From contig JAPLUW010000001.1 of assembly GCA_026397405.1 (NCBI GenBank), positions 107,138-171,137 of the forward strand: a DNA stretch of 64,000 nt. The letters run 5' to 3'. Each line of letters starts with the position of its first letter. The first letter of the stretch is position 1. Below the pieces are notes generated by a model. That model saw only the letters and a program-made list of their open reading frames with translations. It was not told the origin of the DNA and ran no database searches. Made by a program: the position numbers and the translations under genes. Source of the DNA: Candidatus Adlerbacteria bacterium (GTDB taxonomy: Bacteria > Patescibacteriota > Minisyncoccia > Phycocordibacterales > SBAW01). Below, in pieces: positions 29,893 to 38,729 of this stretch.

Positions 29893-30912
29893 CTAGCTGT
29901 GCATGTCTTTGAGGCCGAGCAAAAAATCTTTATGTTGCAAAAACCAGCTCGCAAATTCCGGCAAGCCTTTTTCAAGCGGAACTTGTGCCGAAACTCCCAA
30001 CTCGCGCTTTGCTTTGGCACCCGACGCGCGTGTCATCATGACGTCGCCTTGTTGGTGTGGGAGTAATTGTGTTTTAGCAACCACGTTAAGCTCTTTTGAG
30101 AGCAGCGTGAGCATCTTCTTTGTTTCAAATGTTCGCTCGTCACCGAGGTTATATATAGTATGCCCGCTCTGTATGCGGTCGAGCGCACGAAGAATGCCGT
30201 CTACAACCAGAGAAATATGCGTATAACTTCGCTTGCCCTTTCCTTCGGCATACAACGGGATAGTTTTACCCAACAGTAGCAAACGGGCAAATTTAAACAT
30301 TGCTAAGTCGGTGCGCATCCAAGGTCCGTATACGGTAAAAAACCGCAAGCCTGTCATAGGAATGCCGTATAGCCGGTTGTATGTTGCAGCAATTACTTCA
30401 ACATCTTTTTTTGTCGCAGCATATAACGACACGGGAGTGTCCGTTGGGTCGCTTTCTTTAAATGTGCCTTCGCGCTCGCCGTAAATAGAACTCGACGACG
30501 CGTATACAACCGGGGTCTTGTCTACACGCGCCGCCTCAAACACATTTAAACTGCCCAGTACGTTAGCGGTGATGTAGGATTGCGGGTTTTCGTGACTATA
30601 ACGCACACCTGCCTGTGCCGCCAGGTGGATAATGGCGCGAGGTTTTTCTTTATCCACAAGTTTTTTAAATGCTGGAGCCTGTGCGAGAGATCCTTTTACA
30701 AAAGAAAATTTTTTGTCTGTTGTCAGTAGGCCTAACCTTTTTTCTTTAAGCTTTGGGTCGTTATAGGAAGTCATCGCATCAAAACCAATTACCCGCTCGC
30801 CGCGGGCAAGGAGTGCTTTACACACATGCATACCAATAAACCCAGCTGCGCCGGTTACAAGGATTGGTCGTGTGTCTTTTTTTAGAGTGTTTGTAGCCAT
30901 CGGTTTGTCCAT
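29893..30912 (-). CDS. NAD-dependent epimerase/dehydratase (UDP-glucuronate 4-epimerase-like)
   Basis: ILVTGAAGFIGMHVCKAL Rossmann motif with CapI/WbpP-like length and motifs. Confidence 0.8.
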   Translation of the reverse strand: MDKPMATNTLKKDTRPILVTGAAGFIGMHVCKALLARGERVIGFDAMTSYNDPKLKEKRLGLLTTDKKFSFVKGSLAQAPAFKKLVDKEKPRAIIHLAAQAGVRYSHENPQSYITANVLGSLNVFEAARVDKTPVVYASSSSIYGEREGTFKESDPTDTPVSLYAATKKDVEVIAATYNRLYGIPMTGLRFFTVYGPWMRTDLAMFKFARLLLLGKTIPLYAEGKGKRSYTHISLVVDGILRALDRIQSGHTIYNLGDERTFETKKMLTLLSKELNVVAKTQLLPHQQGDVMMTRASGAKAKRELGVSAQVPLEKGLPEFASWFLQHKDFLLGLKDMHS

Positions 30913-31772
30913 TCTTCTGCTGTCGGCATATGCATCAACAGACGTCCAGCAGCGCCGTACTTCAGGGCTGTACCTATTGCAGTACTGAGCTCGTTACGTG
31001 GAACAACTGTAGCGCCTGCCTCGCGTGCCGCACCGACGTCCGGCGCAACGACAGGCACACCAGCCGCAAGAGCCTCAATAATACTTGCCCCAAAGCTTTC
31101 GTGCCACGACGTACACAGCACAACGTCTGCTGTCTCAAGATATGTTACCGGGTCATGCCATCCGGGAAAATCGACCGGCAAACCCGCCGCATGTTCTACC
31201 AGTATTTTTTGGAGACTCCCCCGCCCCAACATGACAAGTTTCGCGGAAGGCTCGCCTTTTAGTACTTCTCTAAAAACAGCAATGGCTTCAAGAGGATTTT
31301 TTTCTTCTTCAAAACGGCCGATCCAGAGAATATATTTACCAGTGTGTGGCGTGCGAACAGCCGATTGGAATTTTGAAATATCGATAAACACCGGCAACAC
31401 AGACACCGCTGCATTCGGCACCATATCATGCACCTGCTGTTTTATTTTTTCCGACACAACACGCACGCTGTCGGCGCGTCCTAGTTGTAGGCGCGCAAAA
31501 AGCCTCTTCCATACGGGATACGAAGAGAGATCTGTATGGACTTGTATATTAAGCCGAGGAGCAAGAAACCACGACAGATGCCATGCCAGGTGACCACGCC
31601 AAAATGGGTCTTGGGCTGTGATAACATCGAAACGTTTCCAAGGTATGCGTGGGATTAGCGCCCCAGGACCCCAATACACTACGGTGAGTTCTCCTACGGC
31701 AGATTTTTGTAACTCAAAACGCGGGTTGCCCGGTTTGAATTGTCTATCACCCGTTATCATTAACACGTTCAT
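30882..31772 (-). CDS. Glycosyltransferase family 4
   Basis: GT-B C-terminal domain (ILWIGRFEEEKNP...SWHESFGASIIEALAAGVPVVA). Confidence 0.8.
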   Translation of the reverse strand: MNVLMITGDRQFKPGNPRFELQKSAVGELTVVYWGPGALIPRIPWKRFDVITAQDPFWRGHLAWHLSWFLAPRLNIQVHTDLSSYPVWKRLFARLQLGRADSVRVVSEKIKQQVHDMVPNAAVSVLPVFIDISKFQSAVRTPHTGKYILWIGRFEEEKNPLEAIAVFREVLKGEPSAKLVMLGRGSLQKILVEHAAGLPVDFPGWHDPVTYLETADVVLCTSWHESFGASIIEALAAGVPVVAPDVGAAREAGATVVPRNELSTAIGTALKYGAAGRLLMHMPTAEEWTNRWLQTL

Positions 31773-32890
31773 ATAGTTTCAAAAAGCGAATGTAGGCTTT
31801 GCAGCGCAATGTCTGAATTAAAACGCACACGTGACGCATGAGCCGCTTCTGCTAGCTTTGCAGCAAAAGCTCTGTCTGTGAGCAGGTGGATAATCGCAGC
31901 AGAAAGTGCCTGTACGTCGTTCGGCAACACTAGGAGCCCCGTTTTTCCATCTTCAACTAGTTCTGTATTTCCACCAACTGGAGTTGTAATAACGGGCGTA
32001 CGTGCAGCAAACGCTTCGAGCACTACGTGCGACAAACCTTCATACATGGTGTTCAAAACAAACAAGTCGGCTGCAACAAGCCAGGTGTATAGGTCAGCAT
32101 GGGACAATTGTCCACGCAGGGTTGCAAAACTTTGTGCGTGAGTTTTTTCAATATGCGTCTGTAATGCCTCGCCATGTGGACCACTACCCACAATAACCAA
32201 CCGTACTCGTCTCTGGGTCTGTACGCGAGCAACAGCATCCACGAGACCTTCGTATCCTTTCCATGGCACGAGCCTCCCCGCAGAGAGCACCAACTCTTCG
32301 TCTTCCTTCAATCCTAATTTTTTTCGTGCGTCACTTCTTGAAATATACGCAGTAGACACGTCGGGCTGGCTGTAGATGACCTGTATTTTTTGAGGCAACA
32401 CTCCCCATGTTTGTATAATTCCCCCAAGATATTTACTTGGCGCAATAACTACAACCGCACGGCGTGCAACAAACGACTGTACGCGTTGCAACCATCGCAC
32501 AGAAAAAGAAGGTTGTTTTTTTATTACAAACTCGTCCAATGTTTCAGTGACACCAAACCGCTGCGTGCCTTGCTCCCAGGCATAGTCGCCGCCGACACGC
32601 AGTACAAACTTTTTTCCTAACAGTTTTGCCGCACACAACGCAGGTAGGCCTACACTCACGGGGTCGAGCGCATATACAAACTCCGCTCCCCATGCCGCCT
32701 TGAAGACTGTAAAAAAATATACACTATGGCGCACTATTTTTGGCAACTGTTGTACTGCAGAAAATTTTACAACTCGGAGCAAAAAAGCACTCTTTGAGAG
32801 CCCTTCTTCAAGTAGAGCAACATGGGTTGCGGGGCCACCAATTTGGGGAGCATACAGTGGCGTGGCAATACAAATTACTGTTTTTTCCAT
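31769..32890 (-). CDS. Glycosyltransferase family 4
   Basis: Start set at MEKTVICIATPLYAPQIGGPATHV. GT-B donor domain (LNTMYEGLSHVVLEAFAARTPVITT). Confidence 0.75.
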   Translation of the reverse strand: MEKTVICIATPLYAPQIGGPATHVALLEEGLSKSAFLLRVVKFSAVQQLPKIVRHSVYFFTVFKAAWGAEFVYALDPVSVGLPALCAAKLLGKKFVLRVGGDYAWEQGTQRFGVTETLDEFVIKKQPSFSVRWLQRVQSFVARRAVVVIAPSKYLGGIIQTWGVLPQKIQVIYSQPDVSTAYISRSDARKKLGLKEDEELVLSAGRLVPWKGYEGLVDAVARVQTQRRVRLVIVGSGPHGEALQTHIEKTHAQSFATLRGQLSHADLYTWLVAADLFVLNTMYEGLSHVVLEAFAARTPVITTPVGGNTELVEDGKTGLLVLPNDVQALSAAIIHLLTDRAFAAKLAEAAHASRVRFNSDIALQSLHSLFETI

Positions 32891-33984
32891 AGGGGTTCCA
32901 AAACTTCGTGTTTCATACGCTCTGCCAGGATACCCCATTCATAGGACTTTGAAAGCTCTTGTCCCTGTCTGGCAACACGGCCCATTTCTTCAGGGTTTTC
33001 TATCATATGCCCCACAACCGCAGCAATACTTTGTGGGCTGTCTACGTCTACCACAAACCCCGTCTCTCCATCTTGTAAAAAGTCAGGAATACCTCCCACG
33101 GCAGTTGCAATAATAGGAAGCCCTGCTGCCATCGCTTCGATAAACGACGCTCCTTGGCCTTCCGACCGAGAGGGTCGGATAAAAATATCTGCTGTGTGCA
33201 AGTACCTAGGCATATCGTCGTGTGGCACATATCCCAAAAATTTTACACGACTCTCTACCCCCTCTTTTTTTGCAAGCGCACGCAGTGCCGTCTCGTCTGG
33301 ACCAGTACCTAAAATTTTGAACACTACATTTTGTGGCAACAACGGCAGCGCACGTATAACATCGTCGATAGCATTTTTATGCACCAAGCGTGACGTTGTA
33401 ATAAGTACCGTGCCTTCGTGTGGCACGGCTATTCCTGAAAACTTTTCCACATCGACACCGTTGGGAATAAGTACCAGCGGCCCAGTGTAGCCACGCGCAC
33501 GGGCCCATGCACCCAAGAAATTTGAAAGAGGCTGCACCACATCGGCCTTGGTAAATGCTCGAGTAAACAGCGGCCACAACGGAAGCATTCTCCGTTCAAT
33601 GTGTTTCGGCGGGTCTCCTTCCTGCAAATTTAATATATACGGTACTTCTCTGTGTCTTATTTTGAACAGAGCAGCAGGCACACCAGCCGAATGGGCCATC
33701 AAAGCCCATGTCGCGTCATAGTGATATATTTTTTGTAATGCACTCGCCTTCCATGCTGCAACAAACTGGAAGAAAAATTTATGCAGGGCACTGCTGCCTG
33801 CAAACCCCACACGATGTACGAGTACATTTCCTATCTTTTCCTCCTTCGCGTCGGTAGCAGAAAAACGCATCGTCACCATGTGGAACTCAATGTCTAGCAT
33901 TCTGTCTGTGAGTTCTTTTACAGCAACTTCAGCACCTCCTACATGGGGGTAATAGGCCAGGGAAAATATAAGGATTTTGCGCAT
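32875..33984 (-). CDS. Glycosyltransferase family 4
   Basis: MRKILIFSLAYYPHVGGAEV N-terminus and SRSEGQGASFIEAMAAGLPIIAT. Confidence 0.8.
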   Translation of the reverse strand: MRKILIFSLAYYPHVGGAEVAVKELTDRMLDIEFHMVTMRFSATDAKEEKIGNVLVHRVGFAGSSALHKFFFQFVAAWKASALQKIYHYDATWALMAHSAGVPAALFKIRHREVPYILNLQEGDPPKHIERRMLPLWPLFTRAFTKADVVQPLSNFLGAWARARGYTGPLVLIPNGVDVEKFSGIAVPHEGTVLITTSRLVHKNAIDDVIRALPLLPQNVVFKILGTGPDETALRALAKKEGVESRVKFLGYVPHDDMPRYLHTADIFIRPSRSEGQGASFIEAMAAGLPIIATAVGGIPDFLQDGETGFVVDVDSPQSIAAVVGHMIENPEEMGRVARQGQELSKSYEWGILAERMKHEVLEPLWKKQ

Positions 33985-34005
33985 AGAAAAAGGGTTGGGG
34001 TACCC

Positions 34006-35418
34006 CTATTCTATCTCAAACTCGTCTGCCGCGGTTTTGGTTGCACCTGAAAATCGCATATACGACGCGCCCGCAACACCAATAAGCAGTAGGCCTCCCA
34101 AACCTAGTACATACGTCCATAGAGGTAATGAAACGCCACTTGCGCCAGCCCCGGCCAAACTTGTTGAAGCTACCGGCAGAACAGCAGCTACTGTCGGTTT
34201 TGCTGTAGGAATATTTTTAACAAGTACCCGCGCAGCAGGAGCTTGGTTTACTACCGCAACAGGAATGGGTTGCATGGGTACAATAGTTTCTTCGTGTGGG
34301 ACAGCCGTTCCAACCGCTGTGCCATTTGTATACCGCAACGTTGCGTCTGCACTCGCATACATGTGCATCACTGATGTAGCAAAACGCACACTTTGGCCGC
34401 TTAAGATAAGAGTGTCCTGTGGGATAACAAACGTACTCGTTCCCGACGATACACTCCAAAGACCTATGTTTAATTCTTGCGACGAACGGTTGAGCACCAT
34501 CAATGACCCGTCTGGTTCGGCAAGTAGCCCGACCTGCGCAGGAGCAGCTTCGATAGTTATTCTGTTCATACCCGCTTGGTCGCCTGAAGCGACTGTCAGT
34601 ATTACTGCATATTTGCCTGGGTACACATAGGTGTGGAAGACTGTTTGTCCTCCATCTGTTGCACCGTCTCCAAAATTCCAAATGTAACGGGCATTTGCTA
34701 CCGCTGTGCCTTTTAGGTCAAACGCAGAGCCTGTAAAAAACGAACCGCCGCCAACCATCACCACACTTTGCGACTTTATCCGTGCAACCAAGGGGTCGGG
34801 CCCGACATTAGTAACAAGGTTCGTCTGTTGCGAGACCGTGTTTGTTGTTGAAGCTGAAGAGCCATTCCCGCCGGTGTCTGGAGGTGTGGGGTCAGGAGTG
34901 CTAGCACCACCCGAATATACACCTGGGTCGGCTATACCTGGGGTAAAAGTCGTACCACTTAGGTGGAGCGAATTACCGTCACCCGCGGCACCCATACTGC
35001 CGTCGTACGTTACCGAATGCTGCATCACGAGAGTAGAGTCTTTGAGCGCAATACTCTCTCCCGTGTTTGAAAGCGAAAACGAACTTTTAAGCAAGACTCC
35101 TGAAAAGGCCGACCAGTCTATGCCAAATTTTGTTGCATCGTCGACAATAACTGCCACGCCGCCTGGTGCCAACACCGCACTCCCTGAAAGCACCGTGATG
35201 CCGTGGTTAGTGTTTGCCTCAAAAAATTTATACCCGCTGACGTCGACTGCACTACTGCCTGTATTTGTTATTTCAACCCACTCGCGGCCCGTGTCGGTCC
35301 CCGACACATCGTACATAATTTCTGTTATTTGAACTGCGGCCAATGCACTTGTGGGCGCACATGTCAGTGCGACACAAAAAATAAAACGTACAAAAAAATT
35401 GTTAGGTGTTTTCATCAA
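34006..35418 (-). CDS. Secreted lamin-tail-domain (LTD) protein with a C-terminal membrane anchor
   Basis: Signal peptide MMKTPNNFFVRFIFCVALTCAPTSALA. LTD signature VQITEIMYDVSGTDTGREWVEITNTGSSAVDVSGYKF. C-terminal hydrophobic helix LGLGGLLLIGVAGA. Confidence 0.65.
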   Translation of the reverse strand: MMKTPNNFFVRFIFCVALTCAPTSALAAVQITEIMYDVSGTDTGREWVEITNTGSSAVDVSGYKFFEANTNHGITVLSGSAVLAPGGVAVIVDDATKFGIDWSAFSGVLLKSSFSLSNTGESIALKDSTLVMQHSVTYDGSMGAAGDGNSLHLSGTTFTPGIADPGVYSGGASTPDPTPPDTGGNGSSASTTNTVSQQTNLVTNVGPDPLVARIKSQSVVMVGGGSFFTGSAFDLKGTAVANARYIWNFGDGATDGGQTVFHTYVYPGKYAVILTVASGDQAGMNRITIEAAPAQVGLLAEPDGSLMVLNRSSQELNIGLWSVSSGTSTFVIPQDTLILSGQSVRFATSVMHMYASADATLRYTNGTAVGTAVPHEETIVPMQPIPVAVVNQAPAARVLVKNIPTAKPTVAAVLPVASTSLAGAGASGVSLPLWTYVLGLGGLLLIGVAGASYMRFSGATKTAADEFEIE

Positions 35419-37300
35419 GGGTCTCGTCGACCTTGAGCATTTCCTGCAGTACCTTTTCTGGTAAGTGTGCCGCCTGTCCCTGCCCCACTATTTTACCCAA
35501 AGTTTCTTTTAAGTCAGGGGCATGTACAGCCGCCGGCTGTGGAGATGTTTTTGGTGGTTGGGGTTGTGCAGGTACCCGCACAGGCTCTTGCACTACCCCA
35601 GCAGGTTTACCCATAGCGGAGGCAAGCGCTTCGCGCAAACTGTTTGTCCCGCCAAGTGGCGGTTTTGCTTGATGCTCTACGGGGCGCGGCGCAGGCACCA
35701 CCGGCTTTGGGCGTGGGGCCATGGCTGGAGCTGGTGTAGGAGCGGGAGCATGGACAGCAACCGGCCGGGGCGCTACTTCTTTTATAGGCACCGGGGCAGT
35801 GTGAACAGAACGTTGCGCGGGGGCAGAAGCACCGGGCGTATTGGTGCTGTGTGCGGCTGTGCTTGTAACAGGGTTATGCGAGCCACTTGAAGAAGCGTGT
35901 GGGGCTGGCTGAGAGGTTTGTGTTGCAGGGGCTTTTTTTGCAGCCATCGAGTCGGGCTCGGACCATTCGACAAGAGCTTTTTCAACCTCGGCACGAGGTT
36001 TTGTAAATTGAAGACGCGAACTTTCTATCACGTCATTAACAAAACTTGTAGGTGGCGGGTCAAACGCACGCATAGTTGTTGCTGAAAACGGCGGCGACCC
36101 GACACCGTCTATCATGAGTGTCAGGTAAATTTGTGCCATACCAAGGTTTACCAAGTCAGCTTGTGTAAATTGTGGACTAAAAATAGTTTCGAGCACCTCG
36201 GCGTCAAACGGCCCCACACGGAACGCAACGGTTGTGCCGACGTTCCCAAACACTGCGTCGCGCACCTCTTCTTCCATCTGCTCGATATACTGGTGTGCGA
36301 TAATCAAATTCAGTTTATATTTACGCGCTTCGGACAAAATGTCAGAAAAGCTTTCGTTCGCAAAGTTCTGGAATTCGTCGACATAAAAATAAAATGGTGG
36401 CAACTCGGCCATTGACTTTGCCGATACATCGGCGCGCGACATCGCCGCCAGGTAAATTTTGGTCACCAACATACTACCTATAAGGTTGGCGTTCACTTCC
36501 CCCACCCGCCCTTTTGAAAGGTTGATGATTAGGATCTTTTTATCATCCATCATTTTACGCAAGTCAAACGACGACTTTGGTTGGCCCACAATATTGCGAA
36601 TAAGGGGGTTCGAGGTAAACTGCCCAATTTTATTTTGAATCGCGGGCGTTGCTTCCTGGGTGTAGCGGTCGGTATAGTTTGCAAATTCTTCAGTCCAAAA
36701 GGACTTAACAGTTGGGTCGCCAATATTTTCCACAACTTTTTTGCGGAAGTTTTTATTGACCAACATGCGGTTTACATCGAGCAGAGTTGCACCCGGATAT
36801 TCCAAAAGCGCCAACAGAGTGTTTGAAAGAATATATTCCATGCGGGCACTAAATGCGTCTACCCACAACTTTTTAAAAGCCGAAAGCAGACCCGACACAA
36901 CCAAGTGTCGCTTGTCGTAGCCAACGTCTTCCATCACGTTAAAGGCAATAGGATGTTCCATGTCGAACGGCGCAAAATACACCACATCTTTAATGCGGTG
37001 CTCGGGCACATATTCCATAATGCGGTCAGCCGTGGAACCGTGCGGGTCTATAAACGCCATCCCTTCGCCATTGCGGATGTCCTGTATGGCCATATTTTCA
37101 AGCAAGGTAGACTTACCCATGCCCGTTTTACCTATGACATACATGTGGCGCGCGCGGTCGCGGCGCTTGATGCCAAACGGCACCCCTTTGCCACGGGAGT
37201 TTGTCTGGGCAAAGTATGTTATTTTTTCTTCGTCGTGCTGCACTCTAAAAGTATACCAGCCTTTACTGCATGGACAGTGTTTACAGTTGCACGGTGTCAA
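35402..37300 (-). CDS. TraD/VirD4-like (type IV coupling protein / DUF87-HerA-type) P-loop ATPase with a disordered Pro/Ala-rich C-terminal tail
   Basis: Walker A VIGKTGMGKST, Walker B FYFYVDEFQNF and TrwB_AAD_bind-like core. An N-terminal Cys cluster (CNCKHCPC) is present. The C-terminal roughly 190 aa are low-complexity P/A/V-rich. Confidence 0.65.
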   Translation of the reverse strand: MTPCNCKHCPCSKGWYTFRVQHDEEKITYFAQTNSRGKGVPFGIKRRDRARHMYVIGKTGMGKSTLLENMAIQDIRNGEGMAFIDPHGSTADRIMEYVPEHRIKDVVYFAPFDMEHPIAFNVMEDVGYDKRHLVVSGLLSAFKKLWVDAFSARMEYILSNTLLALLEYPGATLLDVNRMLVNKNFRKKVVENIGDPTVKSFWTEEFANYTDRYTQEATPAIQNKIGQFTSNPLIRNIVGQPKSSFDLRKMMDDKKILIINLSKGRVGEVNANLIGSMLVTKIYLAAMSRADVSAKSMAELPPFYFYVDEFQNFANESFSDILSEARKYKLNLIIAHQYIEQMEEEVRDAVFGNVGTTVAFRVGPFDAEVLETIFSPQFTQADLVNLGMAQIYLTLMIDGVGSPPFSATTMRAFDPPPTSFVNDVIESSRLQFTKPRAEVEKALVEWSEPDSMAAKKAPATQTSQPAPHASSSGSHNPVTSTAAHSTNTPGASAPAQRSVHTAPVPIKEVAPRPVAVHAPAPTPAPAMAPRPKPVVPAPRPVEHQAKPPLGGTNSLREALASAMGKPAGVVQEPVRVPAQPQPPKTSPQPAAVHAPDLKETLGKIVGQGQAAHLPEKVLQEMLKVDETLDENT

Positions 37301-37532
37301 CAGACTCTACGGCACGAATGTCGTTTACGCGGCCGGTGCTTTCAGCAAAGGGGTGATGTTCTGTTTTTTTAGATGGTTGTAAAAAAGTTTGTCCGCGCAG
37401 CAAAAACCCGAGCAGTGCAACAGCAGCACCTGCAAGCACCAGCAACACGGTGCGCCATGACGCAGGGATACCGAGGTACGGGACAATAATGACCCAAAAC
37501 CCGAGGACGATAATACCCATTTCCCGAGACAT
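37281..37532 (-). CDS. Small membrane protein (2 TM), hypothetical
   Basis: 83-aa ORF with two hydrophobic helices, immediately upstream of the ATPase gene and overlapping it by 20 nt. Confidence 0.35.
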   Translation of the reverse strand: MSREMGIIVLGFWVIIVPYLGIPASWRTVLLVLAGAAVALLGFLLRGQTFLQPSKKTEHHPFAESTGRVNDIRAVESVDTVQL

Positions 37533-37552
37533 ATGCCTATTCTATCACGGCC

Positions 37553-38281
37553 TTAGCGGCCTTCAACAATGACGACAAATTCACCCCTTTGCTTGTCTTC
37601 GTGTGTTTCAAAATATGCCAACACCTCTGCAGAGGTTCCAACCACATGCTGTTCAAACATTTTTGTCAGCTCGCGAAACACCCCTACCCTTTTTTCGGCA
37701 GGCAAATGTGCCGCCAGAGATGTGAGTGTTTTTATAATGCGGTGTGGCGACTCGTAAAAAATACTTGCTTGCTCGCTAACCGACATTTCTTTAAACAACG
37801 TCTCTCTCCCCTTTTTGACTGGCAAGAATCCATAAAAAATAAACGACGCGGCACGCAGACCCGCAACAGACAGCGCCGCAGCCAACGCAGATGCGCCGGG
37901 GATTGCTTCAAGCGGCATGTCAGGGAATTTCTCGCGCATGACAGACACGAGCTCGAGCCCGGGGTCGGAAACTCCGGGGGTGCCTGCGTCAGAAACGACT
38001 GCAACGTGCTTCCCTTCGTCCAACAAATTCAAAATCTTTTCAAAACCTTTTACGCCGCTGTTTGCATGGAAGGAAACCGTGGGTGTATGGATGTCGTAAT
38101 GTGTTAAAAGTTTTTTTGTAACACGAGTGTCTTCGCACGCGACAACGTCAGCCTCTTTGAGCACCCGCAAAGCACGCAGGGTGATGTCTTCGAGGTTGCC
38201 TATTGGGGTTGCGACCATAGAAAGCTTTTGCATGTATTGAGGGTACAGCGATTTTGGACTACGCACCAGAGGCACTTGCAC
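37553..38281 (-). CDS. rsmI: 16S rRNA (cytidine1402-2'-O)-methyltransferase
   Basis: TPIGNLEDITLRALRVLKEADVVACEDTR tetrapyrrole-methylase-type signature. The true start may be an internal Met (MQKLSMVATP at about 38233). Confidence 0.85.
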   Translation of the reverse strand: MQVPLVRSPKSLYPQYMQKLSMVATPIGNLEDITLRALRVLKEADVVACEDTRVTKKLLTHYDIHTPTVSFHANSGVKGFEKILNLLDEGKHVAVVSDAGTPGVSDPGLELVSVMREKFPDMPLEAIPGASALAAALSVAGLRAASFIFYGFLPVKKGRETLFKEMSVSEQASIFYESPHRIIKTLTSLAAHLPAEKRVGVFRELTKMFEQHVVGTSAEVLAYFETHEDKQRGEFVVIVEGR

Positions 38282-38424
38282 GGCTTTAGCGCCTGAAGCT
38301 CGGTCCTAGACCGCGTTCCCTCGGTCGAAGACCTTATAGAAACAAATCGTTCGGGGGAGGCCACACAGCCTCCCCATCACGTCCCAAGAACTAACCTTCT
38401 CTGGGGTGTTCTTGTTTTTATATT

Positions 38425-38453
38425 TGACATTGGCTTACAAAAACAGCATTATC
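38425..38453 (+). promoter_or_regulatory. Sigma70-like promoter (ttgaca-17nt-cattat) for a downstream small ORF
   Basis: ttgacattggcttacaaaaacagcattat. A GGAAGGAG RBS and a GTG start follow about 30 nt downstream. Confidence 0.4.
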
Positions 38454-38487
38454 GGGTGCAGAGTTTTGTTCACGGAAGGAGAAAGTC

Positions 38488-38694
38488 GTGGCTTTACACA
38501 GCAACATGAATGAACTTGCGCTTCTCCATGCGCAGACATGGGCGGAAGATCCTGACTTCGTTTGCAGAAAGTGTGGAAATCCCGCACGCAAAGAATTGGA
38601 GGGCAGCCATCGGTGGGGCTGCCTTACTTGCAAGGCAACAACGATCAACCCCGATACTCTTTTCGCGAAGAAAAAAGATCCTATTTCTGCCTAA
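38488..38694 (+). CDS. Small zinc-ribbon protein, hypothetical
   Basis: 68 aa with two CxxC pairs (CRKCGN ... CLTCK) and a strong SD ggaaggag 7 nt upstream of the GTG. Confidence 0.35.
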   Translation: MALHSNMNELALLHAQTWAEDPDFVCRKCGNPARKELEGSHRWGCLTCKATTINPDTLFAKKKDPISA

Positions 38695-38729
38695 TCTTAA
38701 TGCCACCAAAAGTACGGTGGCGTTTTCTT

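Noticed and set aside
38282-38420. Possible SRP or RNase P RNA in the rsmI-murC spacer
   Set aside because: The hallmark motifs (SRP domain IV GGAAGCAGCC-type loop, RNase P P4 or GNRA modules) could not be identified by eye. It is retained only as an unexplained structured region.
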